This document shows positions 8,777-18,019 of a stretch of DNA of 64,000 nt, one piece after another (position 1 is the first letter of the stretch; each line of letters opens with the position of its first letter). The stretch comes from Thermoplasmata archaeon (GTDB lineage Archaea; Thermoplasmatota; Thermoplasmata; Lutacidiplasmatales; UBA184): contig DATKQS010000024.1 of NCBI GenBank assembly GCA_035532555.1, positions 162,262 through 226,261 of the forward strand. Direction: 5' to 3'. The notes beneath the pieces are model-generated. The model saw only the letters and a list, made by a program, of their open reading frames with translations. It was not told the DNA's origin and ran no database searches. The position numbers were made by a program, and so were the translations under genes.

Positions 8777-8950
8777 ATGGACGGCAAGCTCCTGACCCTC
8801 ATCCTGCTCATCCTCGTGCCCGCCGCCCTCATCGGGGTGACAATCGTCTACTTCGGCTCGAACCCGCTATCGATCGTCGGACTGTTCGTCGTGATGATCG
8901 CGGGATCGTTCTACCTGCTCTCCTACACCGAGGCATTCGTCTCGGAGTAG
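8777..8950 (+). CDS. small membrane protein (57 aa, two predicted TM helices)
   Basis: MDGKLLTLILLILVPAALIGVTIVYFGSNPLSIVGLFVVMIAGSFYLLSYTEAFVSE. Absent from the ORF track (under 60 aa) but has a TATA-like box at the right distance and a protein-like hydrophobic composition. Confidence 0.35.
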   Translation: MDGKLLTLILLILVPAALIGVTIVYFGSNPLSIVGLFVVMIAGSFYLLSYTEAFVSE

Positions 8951-8957
8951 TTCGCCC

Positions 8958-9731
8958 CTACCGGTACATCTCCGGCGATATCGGAGGCTTCGTTCCCTCT
9001 TCGCCTTGGCCCGCATGACCCTTCATCGCGGCGCGCAGAGCCTTCTCGATCCCCTCGGCCTGTGCCCGGAGCGGCCCGGTGTCGATGTGGATCTCGGGGA
9101 GGATCCGATCGACCGCTTCGATCAGCGTCGCTCCCGCCCGGTGGTCCGGGTACCCCTCACCGGCGCGGGCACTGACCAGCAGCACCGCGACCGGCAGCGG
9201 GCCCCCGATCCCCTGGACCAGGAGCGAGCCCGATACGCCTCCGATGATCCCCTCTTCGAGGGGAAGCACGCCGCTGGGCGCGAACGCGCGCAGGATGCCC
9301 GCATCGGGTCGCGAGATCGCGGCCCAGACCGTCTCCTCCGGCGGTTCCGTATCCTCGTCGGTATCGCCCTCCGGATGCGGGATGACCCCCTCGAGGCCGA
9401 GGATCCAACGGGCCTTCCGCTCCGCGGCACCCTCCATGATCGTGCTGGCGAGCGCGGTGGCCTGAGAAGGAGTGGGCGGAAACTCCGAGACGACGACGGC
9501 GAAGTCCTTGCGCCCGTACACACGGATCGGGGGATGGACCTGTCCGCCCTGGACGACCGCGATCGGCATCATATCCGGAGCTTCGAAGCGGCCGATCCGA
9601 GGAAGCTTGAGGGTGCGGATCATGTACAGCGCCGCGACCGTGGTCGCGAGGCCCGCGCTCGGGAAGCAGGAGATCACCACAGCTCCCGGCTGGAGCGGGG
9701 AGTTCGGTTCGTCGGTCCAGCGGAAGACCAT
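8958..9731 (-). CDS. PAC2-family proteasome assembly chaperone-like protein
   Basis: Begins at the internal Met of 'MVFRWTDEPNSPLQPGAVVISCFPSAGLATTVAALYMI' (PAC2/DUF75 N-terminal pattern). About 257 aa. The upstream part of the track ORF is Arg/Ser-rich junk. Confidence 0.65.
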   Translation of the reverse strand: MVFRWTDEPNSPLQPGAVVISCFPSAGLATTVAALYMIRTLKLPRIGRFEAPDMMPIAVVQGGQVHPPIRVYGRKDFAVVVSEFPPTPSQATALASTIMEGAAERKARWILGLEGVIPHPEGDTDEDTEPPEETVWAAISRPDAGILRAFAPSGVLPLEEGIIGGVSGSLLVQGIGGPLPVAVLLVSARAGEGYPDHRAGATLIEAVDRILPEIHIDTGPLRAQAEGIEKALRAAMKGHAGQGEEGTKPPISPEMYR

Positions 9732-9810
9732 GGAGAACCTCGTCTCCCACCAGCGACTGTGGGGATTTAGACCTGACCCCTGCCGCCGACGGTCGATCCG
9801 CCCTCGGCCG

Positions 9811-11859
9811 CTACCAGATCGCGACGCGACGATCGTCCGGGCGGCGCATCGGGGCGCCCGGGGCGACCCCGAAGGCGGTCCAGAACTCCGGGAGGTTCGA
9901 GACGGGTCCGATGGCACGGAACCGACCGGGGGAGTGGGGATCGATGGTGAGACGCCGACGGAGCTCCGCCTCGCGCACGTTCGAGCGCCAGATCTGCGCG
10001 TAGGCGATGAAGAATCGCTGGGACGGCGTCAGGCCGTCGATCTTCACATCGGGGGTGCGCCCATCGGCAAGGCGTCGTTGCAGGGCCTCGTAGGCGATGC
10101 CCACCCCTCCGAGGTCGGCGATGTTCTCCCCGGCGGTCAGCTCTCCGTTGACGTGGGTGCCCGGAAGCGGCTCGAACTCACCGTACTGGTCGATGATCCG
10201 CTGGGCCCGGTGCTGGAACTCGGCCGAATCAGCCGCATCCCACCAATCCCGCATGTTCCCGTCGGCGTCGTACTTGCGGCCCTGGTCGTCGTAGCCGTGC
10301 GTGATCTCGTGCCCGATGACCACGCCGATGCCTCCGTAGTTCACGGCATCGTCCATCGCCGGGTCGAAGAACGGGGGCTGGAGGATGCCGGCCGGGAAGA
10401 CGATCTCGTTGAGCGTGGGGTCGAAGTAGGCGTTGACGGTCGGCGGCGTCATCTGCCACTCGCTCCGGTCCACCGGCATGCCCACCCGAACAATCATCCG
10501 CTGGATCTCAAAGGCCGCCGCGCGCCGGATGTTTCCCACGTAGTCCCGGCGGGAGATCCGCACGCGGGAGTAATCCCGAAAGCGCTCGGGGTGGCCGATC
10601 TTCGTGGTGAACCGATCGAACTTGGTGCGGGCGCGCCGGCGGGTCTCTTCGGTCATCCAGGGGACGCGTTCGAGGCGCTCGCGGAACACCTCCCGCAGGT
10701 CCTTCACGAGATCGGCCATCCGCTGCCGTGCGGTGGGCGGGAAGTACCGTTGCACGTAGACCCGGCCGAGCGCCTCGCCGAGGCCGTCGTCGACCACCAT
10801 CGCCGCTCTCTTCCAGTCGGGCTCGGGCTGTTCTTGGCCGAGGAGGCGACGGTGGAAGAAGTCGAAGTCTTCGGCATCCATGGCCGCGTGCAGGTACGGC
10901 GCGCTCGCGTGGAGGAGGTGCCAGCGGAGGTAGACCTTCCACTCGGCGATGGAGTGCGTGCGCAGGGCCCGGTTCACCGCGTCGAAGAACTCCGGCTGAC
11001 CCACCACCAGGTACGGTGCCTGGCCTGCGCCGCGCATGGACAGGTACTCCTTCCACCGAAGCGACGGGGTTCGTCCGATGAGCTCCTGTGGAGTCGTCCG
11101 GTTGTAGTTCTTTTCCGGATCCCGCAGTGCGGTGCGCGACCGGCTCGCTTTCGCGAGCTCGGTCTCGATGCGAAGAACGGTCCGGGCAGCGGCCGCGGCA
11201 CGGGCCTTGGGCTCCCCCCACAGGCCGAGCAATTTCGAGATGTGGGCGATGTAGGCTCGCCGCACGGGGGCGAACTCCCTCTTGAGATAGTAGTCGCGAT
11301 CCGGGAGCGAGAGACCCCCCTGCATGAGATAGAGCGCGTAGATCGAACTGTTCTTCTCGTCGGGCGCGACGGCGGTGCGGAAGAGTCCCGGGATCCCTTG
11401 ACGGTGGAGTTCCGCGAGCGCCGACACGAGGTCGCGCGTGGAGGAAACGACCCGGATCCGCTCGCTCTCGCGTGCGATCGGTCGGAATGCGAGCTTCTCC
11501 CGCTGGGCGGCGTCCATCGCGGAGGCGAAGAAGTCGCCGACCTGCGCGCGCGGCGTGCGGGCCGATCCCCTCCGCCCGCTCGAGGCCTGCTCCAGGATCC
11601 CGCGAACCTGTTGGAGGTTCCGCTCGAACAATTCGTCGAATGCGCTCCACCGGGACTTGTCCGCGGGCACGGGGTTCCGATCGAGCCACTGTCCGGTGGC
11701 GAACCGGTAGAAGTCCTTGCACGGGTCCGCCGACCGGTCCATGTAGTCTGCGGAAAATCGGGGCACCCGATCATTGGGCGGAGCGGAAGTCGGGGACGAA
11801 CGTTCCGGCGCTCGGGGCAGGACAGCCGTTGGGGGCGTGCGGGTAGCCATCGTAGCCAA
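9811..11859 (-). CDS. M13-family zinc metallopeptidase (neprilysin/PepO-like)
   Basis: 'VIGHEITHGYDDQGRKYD' (HExxH), 'GENIADLGGV' (ENxADxGG) and 'DPCKDFYRFATGQW' near the N-terminus. No signal peptide or TM, so the cytoplasmic PepO type. The true start may be the internal ATG at 11742. Confidence 0.85.
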   Translation of the reverse strand: MATMATRTPPTAVLPRAPERSSPTSAPPNDRVPRFSADYMDRSADPCKDFYRFATGQWLDRNPVPADKSRWSAFDELFERNLQQVRGILEQASSGRRGSARTPRAQVGDFFASAMDAAQREKLAFRPIARESERIRVVSSTRDLVSALAELHRQGIPGLFRTAVAPDEKNSSIYALYLMQGGLSLPDRDYYLKREFAPVRRAYIAHISKLLGLWGEPKARAAAAARTVLRIETELAKASRSRTALRDPEKNYNRTTPQELIGRTPSLRWKEYLSMRGAGQAPYLVVGQPEFFDAVNRALRTHSIAEWKVYLRWHLLHASAPYLHAAMDAEDFDFFHRRLLGQEQPEPDWKRAAMVVDDGLGEALGRVYVQRYFPPTARQRMADLVKDLREVFRERLERVPWMTEETRRRARTKFDRFTTKIGHPERFRDYSRVRISRRDYVGNIRRAAAFEIQRMIVRVGMPVDRSEWQMTPPTVNAYFDPTLNEIVFPAGILQPPFFDPAMDDAVNYGGIGVVIGHEITHGYDDQGRKYDADGNMRDWWDAADSAEFQHRAQRIIDQYGEFEPLPGTHVNGELTAGENIADLGGVGIAYEALQRRLADGRTPDVKIDGLTPSQRFFIAYAQIWRSNVREAELRRRLTIDPHSPGRFRAIGPVSNLPEFWTAFGVAPGAPMRRPDDRRVAIW

Positions 11860-11978
11860 CTCCGGGGGACCGTCAGCGGCCCTCCCTTGATGAAGGCTCG
11901 CCCGGTACGTTGCGCTCCGAACCCCGCCTCCCGCCGCCCGCGGTTAACCCCAAGTACTGGGCGCCACTCTCAGCGTTC

Positions 11979-13022
11979 GTGGGGCTCCCGTTCAAAGATA
12001 TTGTTCACGCGGAGCAGCTCCCCTGGAGCGCGCTCGCGGGCCGGACGGTCGCGGTGGATGGCTACAACGCGATCTACCAGTTCCTCGCGACCGTGCGTCA
12101 GGCGGACGGCGAACCGTTCTCCGACTCCCGTGGCCGGCCCACGAGCCACCTGATGGGTGTCTTCTACCGGACGACCGCATTGCTGGGAGAGGGCGTCCGT
12201 CCCGTGTGGGTGTTCGATGGCCGGCCCCCGGACCTGAAGGCCGGGACGCTACGGTCGCGCTTCCGCGCAAAGGAACGGGCCGAGGAGCAGCGCCAGGAAG
12301 CCCTCGCCGCCGGCGATCTACAGACCGCCCGGCGCAAGGCCGCTCAGACCTCACGCCTTACCCCCACCATGGCCGAAGAAGCGATCGATCTGCTCGGTTC
12401 GCTCGGCATCCCGACGGTCCGGGCCCCGAGCGAGGGCGAGGCTCAGGCGGCGCGGATGGCGGCCACCGGGGTGGTCTGGGCCTCCGCCTCCGAGGATTAC
12501 GACGGTCTCCTGTTCGGTGCGCCTCGGCTCGTCCGGGGGCTCGCCGCGCGTCGCTCGAAGGGGGTCGATGCCGGCGCCCAGTTGATCGACCGGGACCGGC
12601 TACTGGCGACGCTGGGAATCGATGGTGACGAACTGATCCTGGTCGGCATCATCGTGGGCACGGACTTCAACGAAGGCGCCGCGGGCTACGGTCCGAAGAA
12701 GGCCCTGAGGCTCGTCCAAGAGCACCTCGGGTGGGATGCGACGCTCGCCCGCGTCGGGATCGACCCGAAGGAGGGGGCGGACGTGGGCGAGATCTTCCGC
12801 CACCCCGACACGGTCGATATCCCCGTGCCCGAGTTCCGGCCGATCGATGACGCGGCCGTCCTACGCCGGTTGGTAGACGATCACGGCTTCTCGGAGGAAC
12901 GCGTCCGTTCCGCGATCGACCGTGCGCGGCGCGGCCTTCGCGTCGCACCGCGACCGACGCCTGCGGTGACCGCCCGAGGGCGCCAGACGATGCTCGATGG
13001 ATTCGAGGGAGCCGCGGTATGA
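11979..13022 (+). CDS. fen: flap endonuclease 1 (FEN-1)
   Basis: 'VDGYNAIYQFLATVRQADGEP...TSHLMGVFYRTTALLGEGVRPVWVFDGRPPDLKA' is canonical FEN-1. GTG start chosen so the N-terminus reads MGL..., the conserved active-site N-terminus. Confidence 0.85.
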   Translation: MGLPFKDIVHAEQLPWSALAGRTVAVDGYNAIYQFLATVRQADGEPFSDSRGRPTSHLMGVFYRTTALLGEGVRPVWVFDGRPPDLKAGTLRSRFRAKERAEEQRQEALAAGDLQTARRKAAQTSRLTPTMAEEAIDLLGSLGIPTVRAPSEGEAQAARMAATGVVWASASEDYDGLLFGAPRLVRGLAARRSKGVDAGAQLIDRDRLLATLGIDGDELILVGIIVGTDFNEGAAGYGPKKALRLVQEHLGWDATLARVGIDPKEGADVGEIFRHPDTVDIPVPEFRPIDDAAVLRRLVDDHGFSEERVRSAIDRARRGLRVAPRPTPAVTARGRQTMLDGFEGAAV

Positions 13023-14494
13023 CGCCCTTCGAGTGCGTCCCGAACTTTTCCGAGGGGCGCGACGAATCGAAGATACGGCGGATCGCGGACGCCGCCCGGA
13101 TGGTCCCGGGCGTGGCGGTGCTCGATGTGGAGTGGAACGCGGATCACAACCGGTGCGTCATCACCCTCGTCGGAGAAGGCGAGGGCCTCATGGACGCGGT
13201 GATGGGTATGATGACGGTCGCCACCGAGGTGATCGATCTGACGCACCACACCGGAGAGCATCCCCGGATGGGCGCCACGGACGTGGTCCCGTTCGTGCCC
13301 CTCGGAGGGGCCACGGTCGAGGAGGCGGTGCGCCTCGCCGAGCGTCTGGGCGAGCGCGTCTGGAAGGAACTAGGGATTCCCGTCTACTTCTACGGTTCGG
13401 CGGCCCGACGACCGGAGCGCGCGGATCTTCCCGCGGTCCGCAAGGGCGGGTTCGAGGGGATACGAGAGGAGATCGGCAAGAACCCGGACCGTGCCCCGGA
13501 CGTCGGGGAGCCCCGGGTCCACCCCACCGCCGGAGCCGTGGCGATCGGAGCTCGGCCGGTCCTGATCGCGTTCAACGCGTACCTCACGACGCCCGACGTC
13601 GGCATCGCGAAGAAGATCGCCAAAGCCGTCCGCTCTCGGGACGGCGGGCTGGCAGAGGTCCGTGCGCTGGGATTCGAGATCAAGGAGCGCAATCGCGCGC
13701 AGGTCTCCATGAACCTCACGGACTATCGCAAGACCCCGATCCACCGGGCGCTCGAGCAGGTGCGGCGCGAGGCGGAACGTTTCGGTGTGGGCGTCGAGGA
13801 GTCGGAGATCGTCGGGGTGGTTCCCGAGGACGCTCTCTTCGACGCGGCGGAGTTCTATCTCCAGTTGAACCGGTTCGATCGCTCCACCATCCTCGAGCGG
13901 AAGGTCCGGGCGGTCTCCTCGGACGCGCCGGGTGCGGAATCCCTCGCGTCATTCTCGGCCCGTCTCGCGGCGCGTACGGCGACCCCGGGAGGGGGGAGCG
14001 CCTCGGCGGCGGCCGGCGCGTTGGGCGCCGCCCTCGGGGAGATGGTCCTCTCCTATTCGATCCTACCGGCGGCGCCCGATGCCGAGCTCGTGTCCGTCCG
14101 GCGGGAGTGCATCACGGCCCGGGCCGACTTCCTGCGCGGGATCGAGGAGGACGCGCGAGCGTACGATGCCGTCCGCGCGGCTCGCAGGTCCCTGAAGGAA
14201 CATCCGGAGGACCCCGCCCTGAAGGACGCCTACGTCGCGGCGGTACGAGCGGCCGCCCACGTCCCGCTCGAGACCGCTCGCCGCGCCCATGCGATCGCGC
14301 AGCGCCTGCATGCGGTGCAACCCCGCACCAAGGCCGCCCTGGCGAGCGACATCGTCACGGCGCTCGCTCTCCTGCGTGCCGCAACGGAGGGAGCCCTCGA
14401 GAACGTGACCATCAACCTCATCGACCTGAAGAGCGCCGGGGACGCCACCGGGCCGATCGAAACCGAGGTCGCTCGCTTGCGGCTCCCCGTGTAG
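13019..14494 (+). CDS. glutamate formimidoyltransferase / formimidoyl-THF cyclodeaminase (FTCD-like, bifunctional)
   Basis: N-terminus 'MTPFECVPNFSEGRDESKIRRIADAA' (formiminotransferase). C-terminal roughly 180 aa with 'TPGGGSASAAAGALGAALGEMV' (cyclodeaminase domain). Confidence 0.8.
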   Translation: MTPFECVPNFSEGRDESKIRRIADAARMVPGVAVLDVEWNADHNRCVITLVGEGEGLMDAVMGMMTVATEVIDLTHHTGEHPRMGATDVVPFVPLGGATVEEAVRLAERLGERVWKELGIPVYFYGSAARRPERADLPAVRKGGFEGIREEIGKNPDRAPDVGEPRVHPTAGAVAIGARPVLIAFNAYLTTPDVGIAKKIAKAVRSRDGGLAEVRALGFEIKERNRAQVSMNLTDYRKTPIHRALEQVRREAERFGVGVEESEIVGVVPEDALFDAAEFYLQLNRFDRSTILERKVRAVSSDAPGAESLASFSARLAARTATPGGGSASAAAGALGAALGEMVLSYSILPAAPDAELVSVRRECITARADFLRGIEEDARAYDAVRAARRSLKEHPEDPALKDAYVAAVRAAAHVPLETARRAHAIAQRLHAVQPRTKAALASDIVTALALLRAATEGALENVTINLIDLKSAGDATGPIETEVARLRLPV

Positions 14495-14502
14495 GGCATC
14501 GG

Positions 14503-15180
14503 ATGACGCTCCCCCGGCCGCTCGTTTGGGTCAACTGCGCCGCCTCCGCCGACGGACGTCTCGCCTTCGACCGTGGAGCGCGCGCGCGCCTATCCGGTCC
14601 AGAGGACCTCGCCCGTGTGCAGCGCCTCCGGGCGGAGTCGGACGGCATCGTGATCGGCGTCGGGACCGCGATCGCGGATGATCCGTCCCTGCGCGTCCAC
14701 TGGGAGCTGTTGGACGGCGCGCCGGGAAGCCCTCCGGCACGCATCGTGCTCGATTCGGCCGGACGCCTTCCGGCGACCTCCCGTCTCCTCGATGGAAGTC
14801 TCCCGACGATCATCGCGACGAGCGAGCGGTGCGCGCGACAGTACCCGGCCCACGTTACGACGATCGTTGCGGGCGCCGAGCGCGTGGACCTCGAGCGGCT
14901 CTATCCGGAGCTCCACGCGCGGGGCCACCGTCGCCTCCTAGTGGAGGGGGGGGCGCGAGTACTCGCGAGCGCGCTCAAGCCGGGCCTCTTCGACCGGTTC
15001 ACGATTTACATCGCGCCCTTGATCATCGGCGAGCACGAGGCTCCGCCGGTCGTATCGGGCCCGGCGGCGCGCCGGATGGAGGACGTCCTTCCGCTCGACC
15101 TCCTCGCGGTCGATCGTCTCGGGGCCGGCTACGTCGCCTCGTACGGCCCGCCTCGCGCGGCCCCGCCGCTTCCACCGTGA
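14503..15180 (+). CDS. 2,5-diamino-6-ribosylamino-4(3H)-pyrimidinone 5'-phosphate reductase-like protein (RibD C-terminal / DHFR-like fold)
   Basis: 'LVWVNCAASADGRLA...DGIVIGVGTAIADDPSLRVHWELL...RLLVEGGARVL' is the RibD/RibG reductase-domain pattern. 225 aa. In frame with an upstream junk ORF; start is the ATG at 14503. Confidence 0.7.
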   Translation: MTLPRPLVWVNCAASADGRLAFDRGARARLSGPEDLARVQRLRAESDGIVIGVGTAIADDPSLRVHWELLDGAPGSPPARIVLDSAGRLPATSRLLDGSLPTIIATSERCARQYPAHVTTIVAGAERVDLERLYPELHARGHRRLLVEGGARVLASALKPGLFDRFTIYIAPLIIGEHEAPPVVSGPAARRMEDVLPLDLLAVDRLGAGYVASYGPPRAAPPLPP

Positions 15181-15245
15181 GGGAGGGCACACCCCGTCGC
15201 ACGCCTTATCCGCTATCGGCGTTCGACCCGCCCGAGGTCCCGCTC

Positions 15246-16250
15246 ATGAAGCTCGTGCACTTTTCGCTCGCCGACCAGTTCCACTTCGGGATGCTGACCG
15301 ACTCGAACGAGTACATCGATCTCGACACCGCGTGCCGCGATTACTACGGTGTGAACCCGGTCAAGGGCGCCGACCCGAGCCGCTTCCGCGACATGCAGTC
15401 GTTCTTCGCAGGCGGCGCGGAGTCGGTCGAGATCACGAAGAAGATCATCGATTACATCGATCGCCGTCGCAAGGCCGGGTGGACCCCGCGGGCCGCGACC
15501 GGCGCCCGCTTCCTGTTCAAGCCGGAGGAGGGCGTGAAGCTCCTCGCCCCGGTCGTGCGCGGGGTGAAGATCTATTGTCTCGCGTCCAACTCCAAGAGCC
15601 ACGTCGCCGAGCAAGGGAAACCGCTCCCGGCCCGGCCGTACGTGTTCACCCGCTTCTTCAATAGCCTGGTCGGCCCCAGCGAGCCGCTCGTCCTGAACCC
15701 GGCCGGGACGTTCCCCGACGTCGAGCTCGAGCTCGCCATCGTGATCGGTCAGCGCGGCAAGCACATCTCGGCGTCCGAGGCGATGAACTACGTGGCGGGC
15801 TACACGATCGTGCTCGACATGGGCTACCGCGACCTGCAGTACCCGAGCGAGGGCGTCGTCGACTGGGTGATGGGCAAAGGGTTCGACGCAACGATGGCGG
15901 TCGGTCCCTGGATCGTCCCGAAGGAAGAGATGGGGAACCCGTACCCGCTCGTCATGGAGCTGAAGGTCGGGGGCGTCGTGCGGCAGGGCGGCGACACCAA
16001 CGACTACATCTTCCGCATTCCCGAGATCATCGAGCACCTCTCCCGCGGCATCACCCTCGAGCCGGGGGATCTCATCTCCCTCGGCACGCTCGCGGGAAGC
16101 CCGGGCTTCGAGTTCGGCAAGGAGAGCCGACGCCTCCAGGCCGGGGATCAGGTCGAGGCCGCGATCGAGCGCATCGGCCGGCTCGTCATCCCGGTGAAGG
16201 CGGAAGCTCCGCCTCCCCCCGCAACACCAGGAACAGCGCCGTCGGCGTGA
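15246..16250 (+). CDS. fumarylacetoacetate hydrolase (FAH) family protein
   Basis: 'MKLVHFSL...KIYCLASNSKSH...PGDLISLGT' is the FAH-family 2-keto-4-pentenoate hydratase/decarboxylase pattern. Confidence 0.75.
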   Translation: MKLVHFSLADQFHFGMLTDSNEYIDLDTACRDYYGVNPVKGADPSRFRDMQSFFAGGAESVEITKKIIDYIDRRRKAGWTPRAATGARFLFKPEEGVKLLAPVVRGVKIYCLASNSKSHVAEQGKPLPARPYVFTRFFNSLVGPSEPLVLNPAGTFPDVELELAIVIGQRGKHISASEAMNYVAGYTIVLDMGYRDLQYPSEGVVDWVMGKGFDATMAVGPWIVPKEEMGNPYPLVMELKVGGVVRQGGDTNDYIFRIPEIIEHLSRGITLEPGDLISLGTLAGSPGFEFGKESRRLQAGDQVEAAIERIGRLVIPVKAEAPPPPATPGTAPSA

Positions 16251-17445
16251 AGAGCTCCTCGGACGCGCCGGGCGTGCCGCGCACGCCCTCCGGGAACGGG
16301 TAGTCAACGACCGTCGTGAACGTCACGCGCTGGCGTTCCTCACCGGTCGAACGCAGCGGCGCGTCGCGGAACGGATCGAACGCGTCGAGCGTCTCGCGGG
16401 TCAACGGTAGAACACGGAATCCCGTACCACCGTGCAGCGATCGCGGTAGGCGGATGAGCCGATGGATGTCCGTCGTGACGGGAGCATCCGTCTCGCCCTC
16501 GACCCGGATCGCCGCCCGAGCGAGCACGGCGTCCCAGAACTCCTTGGGAAGATCCTTGTCGAAGACATCGAGGCTGAGGCTCGTCCGGACCCTCCGGCTT
16601 CCGCCCTCCTCGACGAACATCCGGGCAAGCCGCTTCGCGCGCGCCGGGCCCATCCCGAGGGCCGCGATCTCCTTCGCGGTCTCGTCGACCCCGATCGCTT
16701 CCCAGTGCGCGAGCAGATCGAGGACCGCGCGCGTCGTCCGGCCCTTCCAACCCGGAGCGTCGGCAGGCGCGAGCTGGCGGACCTTGCCCGGAAGGTGGCC
16801 CGGGGCCCCCGTCTCATCGGGGGAGGCGTCGGACGGGGTCCACGAGCTTGGGCCTCCCGCGGACCTCGCCGTGACCGCGTCGTGGGGATCGAACCCGGAA
16901 CCCACGAGGTAATCGACCAGCTCGCGCCGCTCCGGGCTCGTGAGACTGAGGAACGCTTCGTTCCGGACGTGGACGTGGTACCCGCGACCGCCGGAGAAGA
17001 CGAGCGACGCGTCCGCGGGATCGATGCCGAAATCCCCGAACAGGAAGTCGTCGACGAGTTCGCGCAGTTTCACCTTGACCCGCGCGAGCTGGCCGGCGTA
17101 ATCGAGGTGCTCGGCCCCCCGGAGGTGATCCGAATCCAGATCGAAGATAAGGTCCGCCCCGAGCCACTCCTTCGCCGCCATGGTCGGCTCGGAAGGTTTG
17201 CGGTAGTACGCCGTGGAATAGTAGACGTGGCGCGGGACCTCACGGGGGAGCCAGGCTCGATACTCCTCCACCGTCCGGAAGGCCTCGTGCCGGCGCATGA
17301 GCGTCTCGGTCGAGAACGGGAAGGCCGCGAACTCGCGGCGCGCGAACCGGTACGGTGGCTCGACCACTGTCTCGGCGTAGTACCGGGCGAACTGTCGCCG
17401 AGCCCACGCGAGCGCAGGTCCGTCGAGCGCGACCGTCTTCGCCAC
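16186..17445 (-). CDS. priS: DNA primase small (catalytic) subunit PriS
   Basis: 'ADLIFDLDSDHL...SGGRGYHVHV' is the archaeo-eukaryotic primase catalytic core (DxD and SGxRGxH motifs). Confidence 0.8.
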   Translation of the reverse strand: MAKTVALDGPALAWARRQFARYYAETVVEPPYRFARREFAAFPFSTETLMRRHEAFRTVEEYRAWLPREVPRHVYYSTAYYRKPSEPTMAAKEWLGADLIFDLDSDHLRGAEHLDYAGQLARVKVKLRELVDDFLFGDFGIDPADASLVFSGGRGYHVHVRNEAFLSLTSPERRELVDYLVGSGFDPHDAVTARSAGGPSSWTPSDASPDETGAPGHLPGKVRQLAPADAPGWKGRTTRAVLDLLAHWEAIGVDETAKEIAALGMGPARAKRLARMFVEEGGSRRVRTSLSLDVFDKDLPKEFWDAVLARAAIRVEGETDAPVTTDIHRLIRLPRSLHGGTGFRVLPLTRETLDAFDPFRDAPLRSTGEERQRVTFTTVVDYPFPEGVRGTPGASEELFTPTALFLVLRGEAELPPSPG

Positions 17446-17448
17446 GAC

Positions 17449-18018
17449 TCACCCCGCGAGCTCGTCATCGTCCAGCGGGTCGAGCGCTTCCGCGGCCAGG
17501 TCGTCGCGGCGCAGGCGAGCGAGGAGGTGGAAGACGGTGGAGTGCTCGCTGCCGCGCAGGAGCAGCTCGACCGCGCGCGTCGCGCGCTCCATCTGCGCTT
17601 CCTCGCCGATGAGGGAGACGGTCGCTCCGTAGACGCTCACCGAACAGCCCGAGAGCTCCTCGATGCGGGCCCGCGCGCGACCGTCCGTGCCGATCAGGCG
17701 CGATCGGATGCGACGCAGCGCCCCCTTCGCGCGCTTCCCGGTCTCGAACTTGATGTCCAGGATGGTGAGGACCGTGCCTTCTTTGGTGAGGCGGAGCGCG
17801 CGCGGAGGAGAGAATCCCCGTCCGACCGCCAGCACCACGTCCCGTCCCATCATCGCGTGCTCGGGCTCGGTGTCGGGGGAGGTAATCCGGACCTGCCCCT
17901 CGTCCTCGATCGTGATGCTCGCCCCGGTCCGACGGGCGATCTCGCGCTTGGTCTGACCACCGGGGCCGATGAGGACCCCGATCCGGTCGTCGGGAATGCG
18001 GGCGTAGAGCGTCGGCAT
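17449..18018 (-). CDS. KH-domain RNA-binding protein (archaeal RIO1 operon partner)
   Basis: 'IPDDRIGVLIGPGGQTKREIARRTGASI' is a KH GXXG loop; there are two KH-like units. Directly downstream of and co-oriented with rio1, the conserved archaeal arrangement. Confidence 0.7.
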   Translation of the reverse strand: MPTLYARIPDDRIGVLIGPGGQTKREIARRTGASITIEDEGQVRITSPDTEPEHAMMGRDVVLAVGRGFSPPRALRLTKEGTVLTILDIKFETGKRAKGALRRIRSRLIGTDGRARARIEELSGCSVSVYGATVSLIGEEAQMERATRAVELLLRGSEHSTVFHLLARLRRDDLAAEALDPLDDDELAG

Positions 18019-18019
18019 G

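Noticed and set aside
9472-12153. 893-aa plus-strand ORF antisense to the M13 peptidase and into fen
   Set aside because: Low-complexity Arg/Gly/Pro-rich antisense translation. The minus-strand frame has unmistakable HExxH and ENxADxGG M13 motifs.
12997-15180. 727-aa plus-strand ORF across ftcD and the RibD-like gene
   Set aside because: An Arg/Gly-rich off-frame read of ftcD happens to run in frame into the real RibD-like gene. Only 14503..15180 is accepted.
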